From the NCBI RefSeq assembly GCF_032191835.1, contig NC_083236.1, forward strand, positions 53,134,001-53,198,000: a stretch of DNA of 64,000 nt, written 5' to 3'. This document shows, piece after piece, positions 14,287 through 27,677 of this stretch (position 1 is the first letter of the stretch; every line of letters begins with the position of its first letter). The position numbers and the translations under genes were made by a program. This DNA comes from Heteronotia binoei (Eukaryota). The notes under the pieces were generated by a model, which did no database searches, was not told the DNA's origin, and worked only from the letters and a program-made list of their open reading frames with translations.

Positions 14287-14428
14287 TAAGAACATAAGAA
14301 CCCTGCTGGATCAGATCATTGGTCCATCTAGTCCAGCATCTTGTCTCACTGGCCAACCAGTTCTTCTGGAGGGTCAACAACAGGGCATAGAGGCTGAGGC
14401 CTTCCCTTGATCTTGCTTCCTGGCTCTG
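14287..14428 (-). mobile_element. CR1-type 3' end fragment
   Basis: taagaacataagaa...ctggatcagatcattggtccatctagtccagcatc; related copies at 28351-28500 (-) and 45633-45795 (-). Confidence 0.7.
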
Positions 14429-15857
14429 AGATTGGTTATCTAATACCTTAGGTTCAAAATCTTGTTTTCCAATGGAAGGAGGCGTAAATTTTTAAACAGT
14501 ATTGTTTAGGGTTAACGGGGCTTTCTGTATCAGAGAGTAACAATTCAATACAACGCATAGCAAATGTTGTCCAGCATCATCTGAATTCAAGAACATTTAT
14601 ATTAATTACATGCACAAATATGCTGTTTGGCTGTTCAGCCCTTATAGCTCTGCAGCCTATTTACGGTGCATCTTGCAAAATCGAGCACATGACCCACATT
14701 TGTTATATACAGTCTGCATTGTCTCTAAATAATGTAGGTGTAGAGCCTACTGCTTGTTTTTCCCCAATTCATTTTGTGGACAATAGAACTCTGCACCTTC
14801 AAATCTATAGGATGAAACAATATGTGAGTTGTCTTTGAGGTTGGCAGTTTCCATGTGGGTTTTCTGCTTATATGGGAAGCGCATTGCAAGAGACCAGGTG
14901 GGCAACCAAAAAGCTTTTAATCAAGAATCCTAATTTAGCTTGGTGATTTTCATTATCATCAAAAGGGCTGTCGTCCATTGTCTTAAAATTTGGTCACAGC
15001 ATGACACCTCTTCCTCAATTCCTGGATCTCATAGCATTTCCACAAATTAAACAACCCCATTAATCTCCACTCTTACCACTGTATGTGCCTCATGGAAGAA
15101 AAAGGGTGCGGAATGGTATTGGTATCTGCTTTGTGTATAGTTTCTTTAACTCCAAGCTTTAAACGAAATAGTATTTCCCTGATGAATGCGAGATTTAATA
15201 TTGTAACATTTTGTTCTTGTGTGCCAGAAGATGGTGGTGGTGTGTGTCTGCTGATAACCTGGTAGTGAATTTTAAAGGCCGTTTCGTTATTTACTTAAAT
15301 ACTGTGGGAAATATCATTCAGGCAGAAGACAAAAGTATTTTGTGCAGCCCCAATGAGAGAACAGTTCTGGACAACTCCTTTGTCACTTTACCTCCAAACA
15401 TATCGTGCAGATGTCATTAGGCAGTCTGCTATGTACTTGAAGTATGAATGCCCCCAATTAATTACTTAACCGTGTAGCTGAAGATAGGGGGGGGAGCCTA
15501 GGCCCTATGCCCTAGGCAAAGTCCTGCCACACTACACCCTTTGCCTGCCATGACAGCAAAAGGTGGGCGGCTTTAAGGAGGGAAGGGGCAGTGACAGAGC
15601 CCATCCAAGGTTAACTGCGAGGAGCAAGGGAGGGAGGCAGGAACTCACCTGCGCCCAAGGTGCCCAGCAGCATCCACATGTCTTGTGTCAGTGTGCCTCC
15701 CTAAGAAATGCCCCTCAGCCACTACCGCTCACCTACTTCCTTGGCAGTGCCTCGTAGGGCCCCTGCAGGAGGGAAACTCTTGCTTCATGGCTTGTTTATT
15801 TCTTTAACTCCCTCGTTCTCCCCTTATTCAGACCAGCATTTCCTTTTCCTACCCTAG

Positions 15858-16055
15858 AACACTGATGCTGCTCTCCTACCCTGCATTAGCTATCCAGCCT
15901 TTGCCGTGGACGACGACGCTTTGTACAGCCAAACAATCGATAAGGTGGTCAGGAAGCTAAAAGGGAAATATGGGTTCAAGCGGTTTTTGAGGGATGGCTA
16001 TCGAACCGCTCTGGAGGACAAAAATCGCCATTACTATAAACCTGCAGAAATTAAG
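15858..16055 (+). CDS. PHKB: PHKB coding exon, [66 protein letters not shown]
   Basis: ccttttcctaccctag acceptor, 198 bp, aag|gtaacg donor; phase 0-0; contains the [10 protein letters not shown] motif of phosphorylase kinase alpha/beta (GH15-like domain). Confidence 0.98.
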
Positions 16056-16710
16056 GTAACGTAGCTATTAACGTGATACCAGAAGGGATTAATTGGCGTG
16101 CGCATCAATGTTCCAATGCACGTCCCCTTGCAGGGTTTGTTTCTTATTTATTGAAATTTGCGTGGTGTAATTACTGGGTAAAGAATTTCCAGTTTGCCCA
16201 CTCTGGATCGTTTTTTACACCGCTAATTGCTGTGCCTCCAAATGTCAAATTCTAATTTCCTGTATTATACCAGTGCGGTCACGCACGCTCTAACGCAGCT
16301 TATACCAGACCTTCAGATGTAATTTCAACAGAAAATGACAGTAGCGGTTTTTTGTGGACTTGGCCAAAAGTTAGTTACCCTTGATCAGATTGTTTTATTG
16401 ATCTTTTCTACTTCCCTGCTGTCCAGGCCAGATAACAAGTATTCAGGTTTGGCAGAGGCAATCTTGTCCCCCCCATAGCTTGTCCCCCCTGCACCCATAG
16501 CTTAAGAAAGGAAACTGTTAAATTTTCCATGAGATACCTTAGCACAAGTTTGGCTGCATGACTGCATCCATGCATGTTAATCTTTTAGCAGTGTTGGTTA
16601 TCAGAATCTGGTTCAGGTCAAGGACTTTCAGGTTCCCTGTAGTCCTATCATTGTGTAACTCTTCAACTTCCGCTGACATCTGGTTCTTGCAAATACAAAG
16701 ACTGCTAAAG

Positions 16711-17147
16711 CAGGCATCTCCTTTGTAGCACCCGTGGCACCTCGGCTGATACCTTTTGTGGCACCTGCCAAGTGTCTGTAGAAATGTAGCTATTACAGCC
16801 ACCACAGTGTTGATTTTATTCTTTCTCTCACTGATGTTACCCTTTAAAAATCTTTTTTACCCCTCTTCTCCCCTTCTTTTGTGTATGAGGGGGCTCTGCT
16901 TTCTGAAGCTGCCATTTTGTGGTTGTCCCCACTTCCCGTGGCAGCCATTTTCTGTCTTCTCCCACTTCCTGTGGCAGCCATTTTCTGTCTGCCCCCACTT
17001 CCCATAGCAGCCATTTTGTGGTTACCCCCACTTCCCATGGCAGCCATTTTGTGTCTGCCCCCACTTCCTGTGGCAGCCATTTTGTGGTCGAAAGCTCCAT
17101 CCTGTGTCAGAAGGTGCCCACAGGCTCAAAAAAGCTGGGGACCCCTG
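16711..17147. mobile_element. hAT-like MITE carrying a 33-bp tandem array
   Basis: caggcatctcc...ggggacccctg termini; flanks tgctaaag/ccctaaag. Confidence 0.55.
16908..17088. repeat. 33-bp minisatellite, ~5.5 units
   Basis: GCCATTTT recurs at 16911, 16944, 16977, 17010, 17043 and 17076. Confidence 0.92.
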
Positions 17148-17910
17148 CCCTAAAGCATTGTATTAGCTCAGTAGTGTAATCTCTGGGGGCCTTTGCAGAA
17201 ATCATGACTGCAGCCCTTTTGTTACAATTAAGAAGGGATCAAGAGTGGACTGTAGGACGGCATGCACTCTTTGCTGAGCTCCCCTGTCTTTTGCATAGAC
17301 CAGGTTCGTTTCTTGCTTTTTAAAATTCTGTTGACCTTGAAGTTAACTGTGGTTAATCAGGTTCTTAATTAAACTTCAATGTAGGGTTTTAATCCAGGTT
17401 ACGCATGCCATGGTTATAGCCAATGAGCAGAGAGTGGCAGGACTGGAGGCTTTGTATGTACAAGGGGAGTAGACCATCCCTCAGCGGTAGAGCACACACT
17501 TTCAGTCACAAAAGTCCCAGTCCAAGGCATCTTCACTTAAAACATCTCAAGGGGTCTAAATTCTGCTGTTAGTCAAAAACAGATAGCTCTCAGCAAGGGT
17601 GGAATTCTAGCAGGAGCTCATTTGCATATTAGGCTACACCCCTCTGATGTAGCCAATTCGCCAAGAGTTTACAAAACAGAGCCTTGTAAGCTCTTGGAGG
17701 ATTGGCTACATCAGGGGTATGTGGCTTAATATGCAAAGGAGCTCCTGCTAGAATTCCACTTTTGGCTCTCAGCTAGCTGAGCCAGTAGTTCTACAACCTA
17801 AACCTGCTTCTGGTGTGCAGGGGAGGGCTTCTGAAGAGGGGGCACCTAATGCTGTGACTAGGATTGCCAGGCAACCCCCTGGAAGGTTGTGGGGGCAGCA
17901 GAGCCCCTGG

Positions 17911-17913
<3 letters not shown>

Positions 17914-17989
<76 letters not shown>
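17914..17989. repeat. (TA)n microsatellite
   Basis: ~38 uninterrupted TA units. Confidence 0.97.
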
Positions 17990-17995
<6 letters not shown>

Positions 17996-18202
17996 AGACA
18001 AATAAGGCCTTAGCTTCTTACAGGAAGTTCTGAGCGAAGAGTTCCTGGTGATCCTAGAGCTACCTGGAGGGGGCAAGAGTAGCTCTACTAGAATGTCTAG
18101 GGATCACCAGGACCTCAGTGGCCTTATTTTTCTTTTAAAAAATTTTCACCCTAGGATGATTGCATGCACCCCTTTGGCCCCAGTTTCTGTCTGCCCATCA
18201 GA

Positions 18203-18682
18203 TAGGGTTGCCAAGTCCAACTCAAGAAACATCTGGGGACTTTGGCCAGGAGCAAGGGTGTGACAAGCACTGTTGAACTCTGAAGGGAGTTCTGGCCATC
18301 ACATTTAAAGTGACCATGCGCCTTTTAAATGCCTTCCCTCAATTTGGAATACTGAAGGATAGGGGCACCTACTTTTGTGGCTCATAGAATTGGACCCCCT
18401 GGTCCAGTCATTTTGAAACTTGGTGGGGTTTTTTCAGGAGAGGCACCAGATGCTGTGCTGAAAATTTGGTGCCTTTACCTCAAAAAACAGCTCCCCCCCC
18501 CCGAGAGCCCCAGATACCCACTGATCAATTTTCCATAATACCCTATGGTAATTGGTCTCCATAGGGAATAACGGAGTGCTCAGCAGACAGTTCCCCCCCC
18601 CCACTTTCTAATGATCCTGAAGCGGGGTGGGGGGCTCCAAACCAGGGGATCCCCTGCCCCCACCTGGGGATTGACAGCCCTA
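18203..18682 (+). mobile_element. hAT MITE with TAGGGTTGCC termini
   Basis: Perfect 8-bp TSD ccatcaga (18195-18202 / 18683-18690). Related copies: 29219-31919 (interrupted) and 56088-56712 (TSD actgtgtg/actgtgcg, SINE inside); shorter forms at ~2720-3270, 4260-4500, 6485-6705, 28060-28270, 46407-46625 and 62434-62825. Confidence 0.8.
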
Positions 18683-19728
18683 CCATCAGATGAGATTCAT
18701 GGGGCAAGCACCACAACTTCCTGGAGGTCCCCTGCCTTAAGCAGGCAAATGGGAACCCTGACTGTAACCTGGTCTTTACCTTTTAATCATACGTAATGGA
18801 TCAGGAGCATTGCTTCATTGCTACCCTGTGTATATCAGTGGACTGCACCCAAGGCCAAATTGAGGTTCTGAGTGAGATCAAAGCTATTATTACCTACCGG
18901 GGAAAAAGACACGACCAGACCAGGTTGGGTGTGAAAAGCCCAGCTATATGTTTGAGTTATGATTCTATACTTTAATCCAGGTCATTTAGTCTGATCTGTT
19001 GCTAGAAACCGAGTTTGAAGCGTTTTGTTAATTCCGTTCGAACACCGCCACCAAAGTTTCTCAAAGGGAGTCAGACTTCCACAGCTTCCTTCTAGAAAAA
19101 AATAAAGGTGGTGGCGGGGAGAGAAAACAGCAAATCATATGAACCGTTAGCTTTGGCACTTCCTGGCAATCTATTTTAGTGAAGCAGACATTACTTGCCG
19201 CACTAGCTTTGGATGTGCAGGACTCAGAAGGTGCGCTGTCAGCACTTTCTCCCCTGATTGATTTGTTTAGAGGTAAATGCGCTTACATTTCAGAAGCAAC
19301 ATACAGTTTGTTTCCCATAACAAATGGCCACGTTGTTTATCATTTTATTTAATTTCACAGCTGACTACAGACTAGAGTATATTAATAACAGAAATCTCTA
19401 TGTGCTTCGGAGTATTAATGCTTGCCATTAAAGTCTCTCTGAACAGAGTTCCATTTTTCCTTCTAACACTTTTATTTTTGTCTTTTTTTTAAATTTAAAG
19501 GAGAATTTTCTAGCCTGGAATAAAAACAATACATAAAATTCCGCCGCGACATTTTTACAGTCCTTCATATCTTTATGTGCCATGATGAGTCATCTTTTTC
19601 GTTTTAAAATAAGTTGTTTACACTTAGAAGAATCATTTATTTGCTTGTTTTATTTTTGAACGTGTGATCAGGTATTTGAATGTGTGAGACTGCTGCGTGC
19701 TTCTAACTTTCCTTTTTTAAAATTTTAG

Positions 19729-19786
19729 CTCTTTGATGGAATCGAATGTGAATTTCCTCTCTTCTTTATTTTCATGATGATCGATG
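19729..19786 (+). CDS. PHKB: PHKB coding exon, LFDGIECEFPLFFIFMMID(G)
   Basis: aattttag acceptor, 58 bp, atg|gtaagt donor; phase 0-1; LFDGIECEFP motif. Confidence 0.97.
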
Positions 19787-20251
19787 GTAAGTGTGACTTT
19801 TCGTTCCTCTTTTAATGGGGAATGAGATGGGGAATGAGTTGTGGAATGGAGCAATAAAACTTTTTTTTAGGCAATCTAGAAAGGCAGGCTAGAATGTAGT
19901 TAAACCAAGGTTTTCCGTGACAACTCTGCCTCCTAAGCAGAATGATTAGAATGAAAATCTTTAATATTTCTTTTATGCACTGCTGAGAAAAGAATGCTGC
20001 TTAGATATGCTCCCCAAAATTCTCAAAATGCTGTTCTGTCCTCTCTTGCTGAGCACTTTCATTTGGATCAGTGTTCCTAATGTCATTCCTGACATTCAGA
20101 CTGTATGCTCTGGTGGGCTTGCATCATCCTTCACTTAGTTCATCCAGCTGGGTAGGAGACTCAGTTTATGGTTACTGGTTTCCTAGATAAGAGAGCTTCT
20201 CTGTTAATTTCCATAGAGGCACCCAATATTATCAACATGATAGAGGCAAGC

Positions 20252-20420
20252 AAGGGCCAGCCTTGCCTCTAGGCAAACTAGGTGATTGCCTAGGGCGTTG
20301 GCCTTTGGGGGGTACCGAACTGGGTGCTCCCCCATGTGACTTGGTGACATTATCAGTGCCGGGGGGCAGGGGGGGAGCCTTGCCTTGCCTAGGGTGCCAG
20401 ACAGTCTAGGTCTGGCCCTG
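20252..20420. mobile_element. hAT MITE (CAGGGCC termini)
   Basis: TSD aggcaagc on both sides. Confidence 0.7.
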
Positions 20421-21456
20421 AGGCAAGCCATGTGCCTAAGTGATCCATGTGTGCTATTTTGTCACACCTCTAGATCACAGCAGATCTAAAATTTGCTACC
20501 CATGGCTGCTTTTTAACATAAAGTCCTCTAATGCGACTCTTGCCTTGCGTATAAAAGTTAACTGAATATTCCTGAATGGATTTCTCAAAAAAACATCTGT
20601 TTCTACTGGAATATAAGAGGAATATCTTCTTATCTGGCTTTGATTTTTTTTTTTTTAAATATCTGCATACCTCTGGAATCCCCTGAGTGTCTGCGTCATC
20701 CTATCTTGTCTTTTCTGCCGTTAGGACTTTATAGTAGTCTGCTGTCAGTATAGTTAGGATGATGACTAGCAGCCGTTGATAGGTTATATAGATTTATATC
20801 TGTATTATGTATAGATTATATATATTTATATAATTGTTTTCAAAGCCGTCTCCGTTAGTATTCCTCCTCCCAGTTTTAGTTTGTGAATTCCACAAGTTGT
20901 GTGTAATGCATTATATGAAACAGATGTCACTGGGAACAGGTGTCACTGGGGTGTGTGTGGGAGGGAGGAGAGGTACTTGTGAATTTCCTGCATTGTGCAG
21001 AAGGTTGGACTAGATGACCCTGGAGGTCCCTTCCAACTCTATAATTCTAAGCTTTTCCTTTTGCCACTTCTGAACACTACTGCCAGCTGGTTTCGCTGAA
21101 CAACTCTGAGTTCTGATATTTCATGACAGTGTGAAAAACAAATTTTCTCTCCATACAATGTCTCCATGCAATGCATTTATATATCTAATTCTCACCATGT
21201 CGATATAGAAATCCAGAGATTGGAGCCATGAACAGACAAGACAGATCTTTCTGCAAACATTAAAAAGCCCCTGGTTTAAGGAAAATCTGGAAAAAATACA
21301 TTGGGATGTTAGTTGCTCTTGGTCATAATGGTCATTGTCAGGCAACCACAACAGTATCTCCAGCTTTCAAGCCTTGGTTTATGTCAGTAAAAGGAACAAG
21401 GAAGGGAGTCTTTTCCAGGCAATGGACACCCACCAAACAATTTGATATCATGTGAC

Positions 21457-22073
21457 CATGCCCAGTGCATGGGAGTAACTGAGGTAGACGTCTGCCTAGG
21501 GCGCCAACTCACCTGCAGGGCGCCACTGGGCAACCCTACCCCACTCTGACTCTCTCAGTTTCCTAGGTCCCAGTCCTGGGAAGCTGAGATCTGCAGGATG
21601 GTGCGTCAGCATATGGTCTCTTCCAAGTCTGGCTTTCTGCCGGGCTCAGAAGAGAATGTTTGCGCACGCAGTCTCAGAGTGTCTCCGAGAGCACAGACGT
21701 GGCTCACACGCAGCCCCTGCTATCAGCCTTCTCAGGTTGGACTGAGAAGGCTGGTGGAGGGGTGCTGTGGCAAGCCATGCCTGTGCACTGCGCTCTCAGA
21801 GGCACTATGAGACTGCCTACGAAACTGCAGGCGTGGCTTGCCTGCAATCCCCGCTCTCAGTCTTCTCAAGTCTGCCCGAAAAGGCTGAGAGCAGGGGCTG
21901 CGGTTAGGCTGCATCTCCGAGAGAGCACTGTGTGGCTCTGCTGGAGTCTACTCTGCCCTCTCCTGCTGCACCGCCACACCCTTCCTCCCCAAAGGCGGGG
22001 GCGTGGGGGGACAGGCGTGGGGGGGCAGGGCAAGTGCCAGTCTGGGGCGCGCACAGCCCTAGCACCAGACCTG
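21457..22073. mobile_element. GC-rich non-autonomous hAT-like element
   Basis: Perfect 8-bp TSD catgtgac (21449-21456 / 22074-22081); degenerate TIRs. Confidence 0.65.
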
Positions 22074-23274
22074 CATGTGACTTACATGACTAACCCAGGC
22101 CTGGTTGCTTGCTAATATTTACCAGCAACCACCCCATGGAAGCCAGTGTGATATAGTTGTTAGCGTTTCAGACTAGAGTCTGAGAGGCCCTCTATTGCCT
22201 AACAGGCTAGGCTGAAAATGTGTAACTGGCTTCCTTGGTAGAGGCTAAAATGGATGGGAAGAGAATGATGTGAGCTACTTTAAATCTCCCTTCTTGAGAA
22301 GCAATATAGCTGAAGATGGGGTTAAATAAAAGGTGGTGGGTGGGAAAGAGAGAAGGATTCAGGAAGTGGTGAGGATGTGGAGGTTACCAGGAGGAGGGAA
22401 AGAGGAAATACAGCAGGGAAGAGGATATGGAGGAAAGTGAGGCACTCGCCTCAAGTCCTTTTTGGTTCCCCACACCATCCAACTGGCCCCTGTCTAGAAG
22501 CCAACGTTGCACAACCAGTCCATAGTTTTCCCAGGTAGTATCAGCTAGGGAGGGAAGGAGGAAAGCTGAAGAGAAGCAGATAAAGGTAGGTAGGCTGGTT
22601 GGTGGGAAGAAGAGAACGAAACGAGAGAAGCAGAGAGGCTATGGGGACTTTCAGGGAAGGGGATATAGTGAAGGAGGGGAAATGAGATCCCCCCCCCCCA
22701 CAAGCTCTTGTGGATCCTCCACTGGCAGCTTTCTAAACCTCTGCCGTGTCCTCCTTTGCAAACATTAAAATGGTTAAAATTATATGAAGATAAAACTGGC
22801 ATGCAGATTCTTCCCAAAATTGGATTTCTCTGTGAGCGCTTGGGTTTTTTTCACTGTTGTTGTTTTATTTATCATGCACGACGCTTTCTCAAGTACCTCT
22901 GCCTCATCTGAAATGCTAAGAGATGAGAAAATGCTCATATAATTCTTCATTTGGCATTCTTACAGCAAAAAAGGGATATACACTTCATTCTTTTCTCTGT
23001 GTCAATGAGGACAACATAGGTTTCAGAGCTATTGAAACAGCCATGGCCCTTCCCTTCCCATCTCTTAAATAAAACATTGAGATCCCAGGAGCTTTCTTAA
23101 AAATTAAGGCTTCCTGCCTTCTTGTAACACAGTACTCACCATGGGCAGACATTCAACCTTTCTGCTGTGCCATGCCTCCCCTGTTCCAAGGGCTAGACCT
23201 CTGCCTGAGATCCTGGAGAGCTACTTATAGTCTGAGTAGACAGTACTGAACTTGATGGACCAAGGGTCATTCAG

Positions 23275-23715
23275 TCGGTGTTTATTATAACAGTCATAGA
23301 CCAGGTAAAAAGCACAAATCTATAAGTAATAAAAAGTACAAATCTGTCAAAAGTATACTACTAAAATACATGTCCATATAATACAACAACATTAAAATGT
23401 AGATAAAATTTTAATAGATAGTAGTAGTTATCTGTAATAGCTCCACAAAGTTTACAGCAAAAGAGAAAACTCCTGTGATTTAAAACTATTCTTCTGTTTG
23501 ATCACTTGGGCACAAAACCTAGCTGTCACTCTAGTGATTGCTGGTATTTCATCAACCAGCAGTTTCCCCATAGATATCTTATCTGTTAGCACTTTATACT
23601 GTTCCAAAATAGGGAGAATTGTCTTGTCCCTAATTTCCTTATAGAGGGGACAAAGAATAAGAATATGTTTCAGTGTTTCCCCCTCACCAATGGGTCTTAA
23701 TTCAGTATGAGCCAG
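23275..23715 (-). mobile_element. Non-LTR retrotransposon 3' fragment with C-terminal zinc-knuckle remnant (clade uncertain, RTEX-like)
   Basis: GETLKHILILCPLYKEIR...LLVDEIPAITRVTARFC; 3' end tctatgactgttataataaac. Confidence 0.65.
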
Positions 23716-24948
23716 CTTATTAGTTGTTGCACCTAAATGGGATTTCATGTTCAGAGGCAGTCGGCCTCTGGATGCCAGATGTTGTAGACAAAGAATGGGG
23801 AATGATAAGACCTTTGTGCAGGAGTGGAATTCTAGCAGGAGCTCCTTTGCGTATTAGGCCACACACCCCTAATGTAGCCAATCCTCTAAACTTACAGGGC
23901 TCTTTTTTGTAAGATCTCGGAGGATTGGCTACATCAGGGGTGTGTGGCCTAATATGCAAATGAGCTCCTGCTAGAATTCCACCCCTGCCTTTGTACCCCC
24001 ACCCCATTAGTAAATGGAGGCATCTGCCCACTTTTTGAAGGAGAATACTGGGCTAAAGAGACCATTGAATCTGATCTAGCAGAATACCGATGATGTATAT
24101 TTGTGGAGCAAAAGAGAGAAATTCTATAGTACAGTAAATACTAGCGAGAATGATTCTATCTATAAACCGCCTGCTCCAAAGAGAAATGATTTTAGGTTTG
24201 CAACCTCAGCCCTAAAGGTAATGTATACAGAAGAACCAGAGAAGAAGAATAAGATGGGGAAGACAAAATGGTAGAGCAGAAAAACTGTGAATTGTTGCAA
24301 ATGTCATAAAAGGAAAGCCAGGCTGATCAAAGCCCACAACACTGTAATCATAGGAGCAGCCTGCTGGAAGTCCATTTGTCATTACATAGACCCCTGTCTC
24401 CCAGGGAAATTACTGTCAGCCCAAAGTACACTAAAGAAGTGGAGATCAAAGCAATGCATTAGAAACAGACTTCACGGATTTTTAGAGTAGTGGGACAGAA
24501 AAATAGCGCACGGTCCAAACGGATCCTTGTAAATCTCTGTGACTGAATGCATCCGTGGAGAAAGGGGTCTCTCATTGCCTTTTTTTGTGACTAAAAACAT
24601 CTGAAACTAAGTTGGTACTTCCATATTTATTTTCTATTTATTAAATACAATAGAAATATTGGGAGCCCATTTGGTGTAGTGGTTAAGCACACAAACTCTT
24701 ATCTGGGAGAACCGGGCTTGATTCCCCGCTCCTCCACTTGCAGCTGCTGGAATGGCCTTGGGTCAGAAATAGCTCTCGTAGGAGTTGTCCTTGAAAGAGC
24801 AGCTTCTGGGAGACCTCTTTCAGCCCCACCTACCTCACAGGGTGTCTGTTGTGGGGGGAGGGAAGGTAAAGGAGAGTGTGACCGCTTTGAGATTCAGAAT
24901 GAAGAGTAGAGTATAAATCCAATATAATCTTCTTCGCTCATACACTCA

Positions 24949-25211
24949 GACCGATTTCACACTAGGGCTTGTTCTGGGTGGAGAGCCCTTTTGCCCCCGG
25001 CGCGTCTTGGTTTTTGCACAAGCTGCCCTGGAGCTGCGAGTTGCCTCACCGCTTTTCCGCAGCAAGCAGAAACCGCTTGTAAGAAGATCTCGCTTGCTGT
25101 GGAAAAGTGGTGCGCCAGCTCACAGCTCCGGGGCAGCTTGTGTGAAAACTGAGAGAAGCTCTGGGAACAAAGGGGCTCTCTGCCTGGAACAAGCCTAGTG
25201 CGAAATCAGTC
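24949..25211. mobile_element. Foldback MITE (GACCGATTTCACACT termini)
   Basis: Arms pair end to end (gaccgatttcacactagg / cctagtgcgaaatcagtc). Confidence 0.75.
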
Positions 25212-25656
25212 CAACTGTCTCTTCCATGGGGACCCAAGTGGCTCACATCCTTCTACTTTCCTCCATTTTATCCTCACAACGACCCTGTGAGGTAGGTTAG
25301 ACCTAGCGAGCGTGACTGGCCCAAGGTCATCCAGCAGGCTTCCATGGCACGAGTGGGGATTCAAAGCTGCATCTTCCAGATCTAAACTTGACACTCTTAA
25401 CCACTACACCACACCATACCAGTGTGGTGCAGTGATTAGCTTGTTGGACTAGAATCTGGGTGGTTGTTACAAGGATAAAATGGAGGAGGGGAGATTGATC
25501 TTGCAAGCCACTTTGGGTTTCCTCTGGGGATATAAGCAAGATATAAATACCTAAAGAAATAAACCCAAGTGTGCATGTGGAAGAAAGGTTTTTTTTTTTT
25601 TTTTTAAAGATCAAATATTTACCTTTTCTTTTCTTTTCTTTTTTTTTGCTTTTTAG

Positions 25657-25734
25657 GAGTTTTTAGAGGCAACACAGAGCAAGTGAAAGAGTATCAGCAG
25701 CTTCTGGATCCTTTGCTGCAGCAGACCCCAGAAG
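25657..25734 (+). CDS. PHKB: PHKB coding exon, (G)VFRGNTEQVKEYQQLLDPLLQQTPE(G)
   Basis: Long polypyrimidine tract + ttttag, 78 bp, aag|gtaata donor; phase 1-1. Confidence 0.96.
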
Positions 25735-27623
25735 GTAATACGACATGTGGTTTCATTAGATGCATGGGGGGATTTCTGTGGATGCAAGGAAATTCCATTC
25801 CAGGGAGTATTTGGAGCCACAGTGGGGAAGGAGCAAGGGACCAGGCTCCCCGGGTGGAAATCTGTTGCATCTCTGGAGAGTACTGGTGGCTCTAAGCCCC
25901 AATCTGAACTTCCCAAAAAGTAGGCAGGGAAATTGTTATGTTACAGATGATACTCCCTCTAAGATGTGGAGTCTTGTGAGCAAAAAATTTATTTTGTGAA
26001 CTACTGGCATTCAAGTTGTAAAAAGGTAAAGGCACTGGGTCATTACCCAGCCTAGGGTGACATCACATCAGTATGTTTTCTTGACTTTTTTGTTACGGGG
26101 TGGTTTGCCATTGCCTTCCCCAATCATCTACACTTTCCCCCCAGCAAGCTGCATACTCATTTTATCAAACTCAGAAGCATGGGAGGCTGAGTCAACCTTG
26201 AGCCGGCTACCTGAACCCAGCTTCCACCGGGATCGAACTCAGGTCGTGAGCAGAGCTTGGAGTGCAGTACAGCAGCTTACCACTCTGCACCATGGGGTTC
26301 CTATTCAAGTTGTGAGCTACTGCATAAGTTTGCTTTGGGGCCATTTTCCTTGAGCTAAGACAAAATTGTGTAAGCCAGAGGCTTTAAAAGCTGTGAGCTA
26401 GCTCACACTAACTCAGCTTAGAGGGAACACTGGTTGCAGGTAACTGAAGCAAGTGAAGACAGAATCCCAAGAAATTGACTTACCTGTTCTTAGAAGAGCA
26501 GAACTCCAAGGCAGAATACAAGCATAACACTTAATGAATCTCTCCAGTAAAATACAGCTCATCAAAAAAACCAAAGTTCATTATCTGGGGAAGGAGCGGC
26601 TGAGAGGTTAAATGTTAGCTTTCCATTGGAACCAGCACCCGTCTGCCCCATAGCCCTGTTATTTACATCCAGACTTTCCCCATAATTAGATGAACAGCCT
26701 TATAACTGCTCATTAGGGAAGTCCAGCCTGTTGATCCGAAAGCATCTGGTTTAAAACGTGGGGAAGGTTTTTCCAAAGCATTTGTTTTCTAGACTGGGCT
26801 GCTCATGAAAATAATAACCTGTTTATCAGCGAATGGAAGAGCTTCATATTGTGAATTAGACCCACACCTTTGTAGACCCAGGGCCGAAAGATTACAGATT
26901 AAGCTCCCTCCCCAGCTAAAGAGGCCACAGATTAAATTAGCCCCGTAAATAGTGAAAGAGCAGCTGCATTGCTTGCCTGGCTCTGGTCGAACACATTGCG
27001 GCTTCTCTCTCTCCCTTCCGTTGGCTTGCATCTTCTGCTGCTGGTTTCTGCCATAACCTTTCCAAGCTGGGAAGGGAACCAGTCCTCTCGTTCAGCTTTT
27101 GAAAGCCCTTTGTCTATTTGTTCAGTATTCTTTGTAAACCACTGAAAAAAGTAGTACTCGTCTTTCCCATGCTTCAGAGGCTGTTGATATTAGCAGTAGG
27201 GTCGCTGAGCTCCAGGTGGGACCTGGAGATCTCCTGGAATTTATAACTGATCGGTTCCCATAGAGAAAATGGACGTTTTGGAGGGTGGGCTGTATGGCAT
27301 TATATCCTGAGGCTCCTCCCAAAACTACTTTTGATGGTGTTACGTCACATCCAGTGACACTTGATACTCCACATAAGGTGAATCCTTTGATGTGTGGGGA
27401 AGTCTTCAGACTATCCGGACACTTTTTAAAATATAATATGTAGTAACCACACCACATGTCATAAAGGAAGCAATACCTGGCTCTCTATTTTTTATCCTTG
27501 GATGTGAGTCTCTGTACATTGTATATTGACCACTGAGGAAGGCCCCTAGGGGGTGAAATGCATAGGGTCTTCCTTATGTGGATTGTGAATCCATCACATG
27601 AATATGAGTAACTATATATGGCT

Positions 27624-27626
<3 letters not shown>

Positions 27627-27674
<48 letters not shown>
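27627..27674. repeat. (TA)n microsatellite
   Basis: ~24 TA units. Confidence 0.97.

Positions 27675-27677
<3 letters not shown>

Noticed and set aside
16837-17179. Several repetitive ORFs (KMAATGSG repeats) and a possible CRISPR-like array
   Set aside because: Products of the 33-bp tandem repeat (multiple of 3). There are no unique spacers and the context is eukaryotic.
17815-18076. ORFs with (IY)n runs
   Set aside because: Translation of the (TA)n microsatellite.
24083-24217. AG/GT-bounded 135-nt open frame (NTDDVYLWSK...FATSALK) superficially echoing the NTD...YKP..K exon at 15858
   Set aside because: No polypyrimidine tract and negligible internal similarity. It is phase 0-0 in a phase-1 intron, so inclusion would give GAA TAC CGA TGA. 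I treat it as chance.
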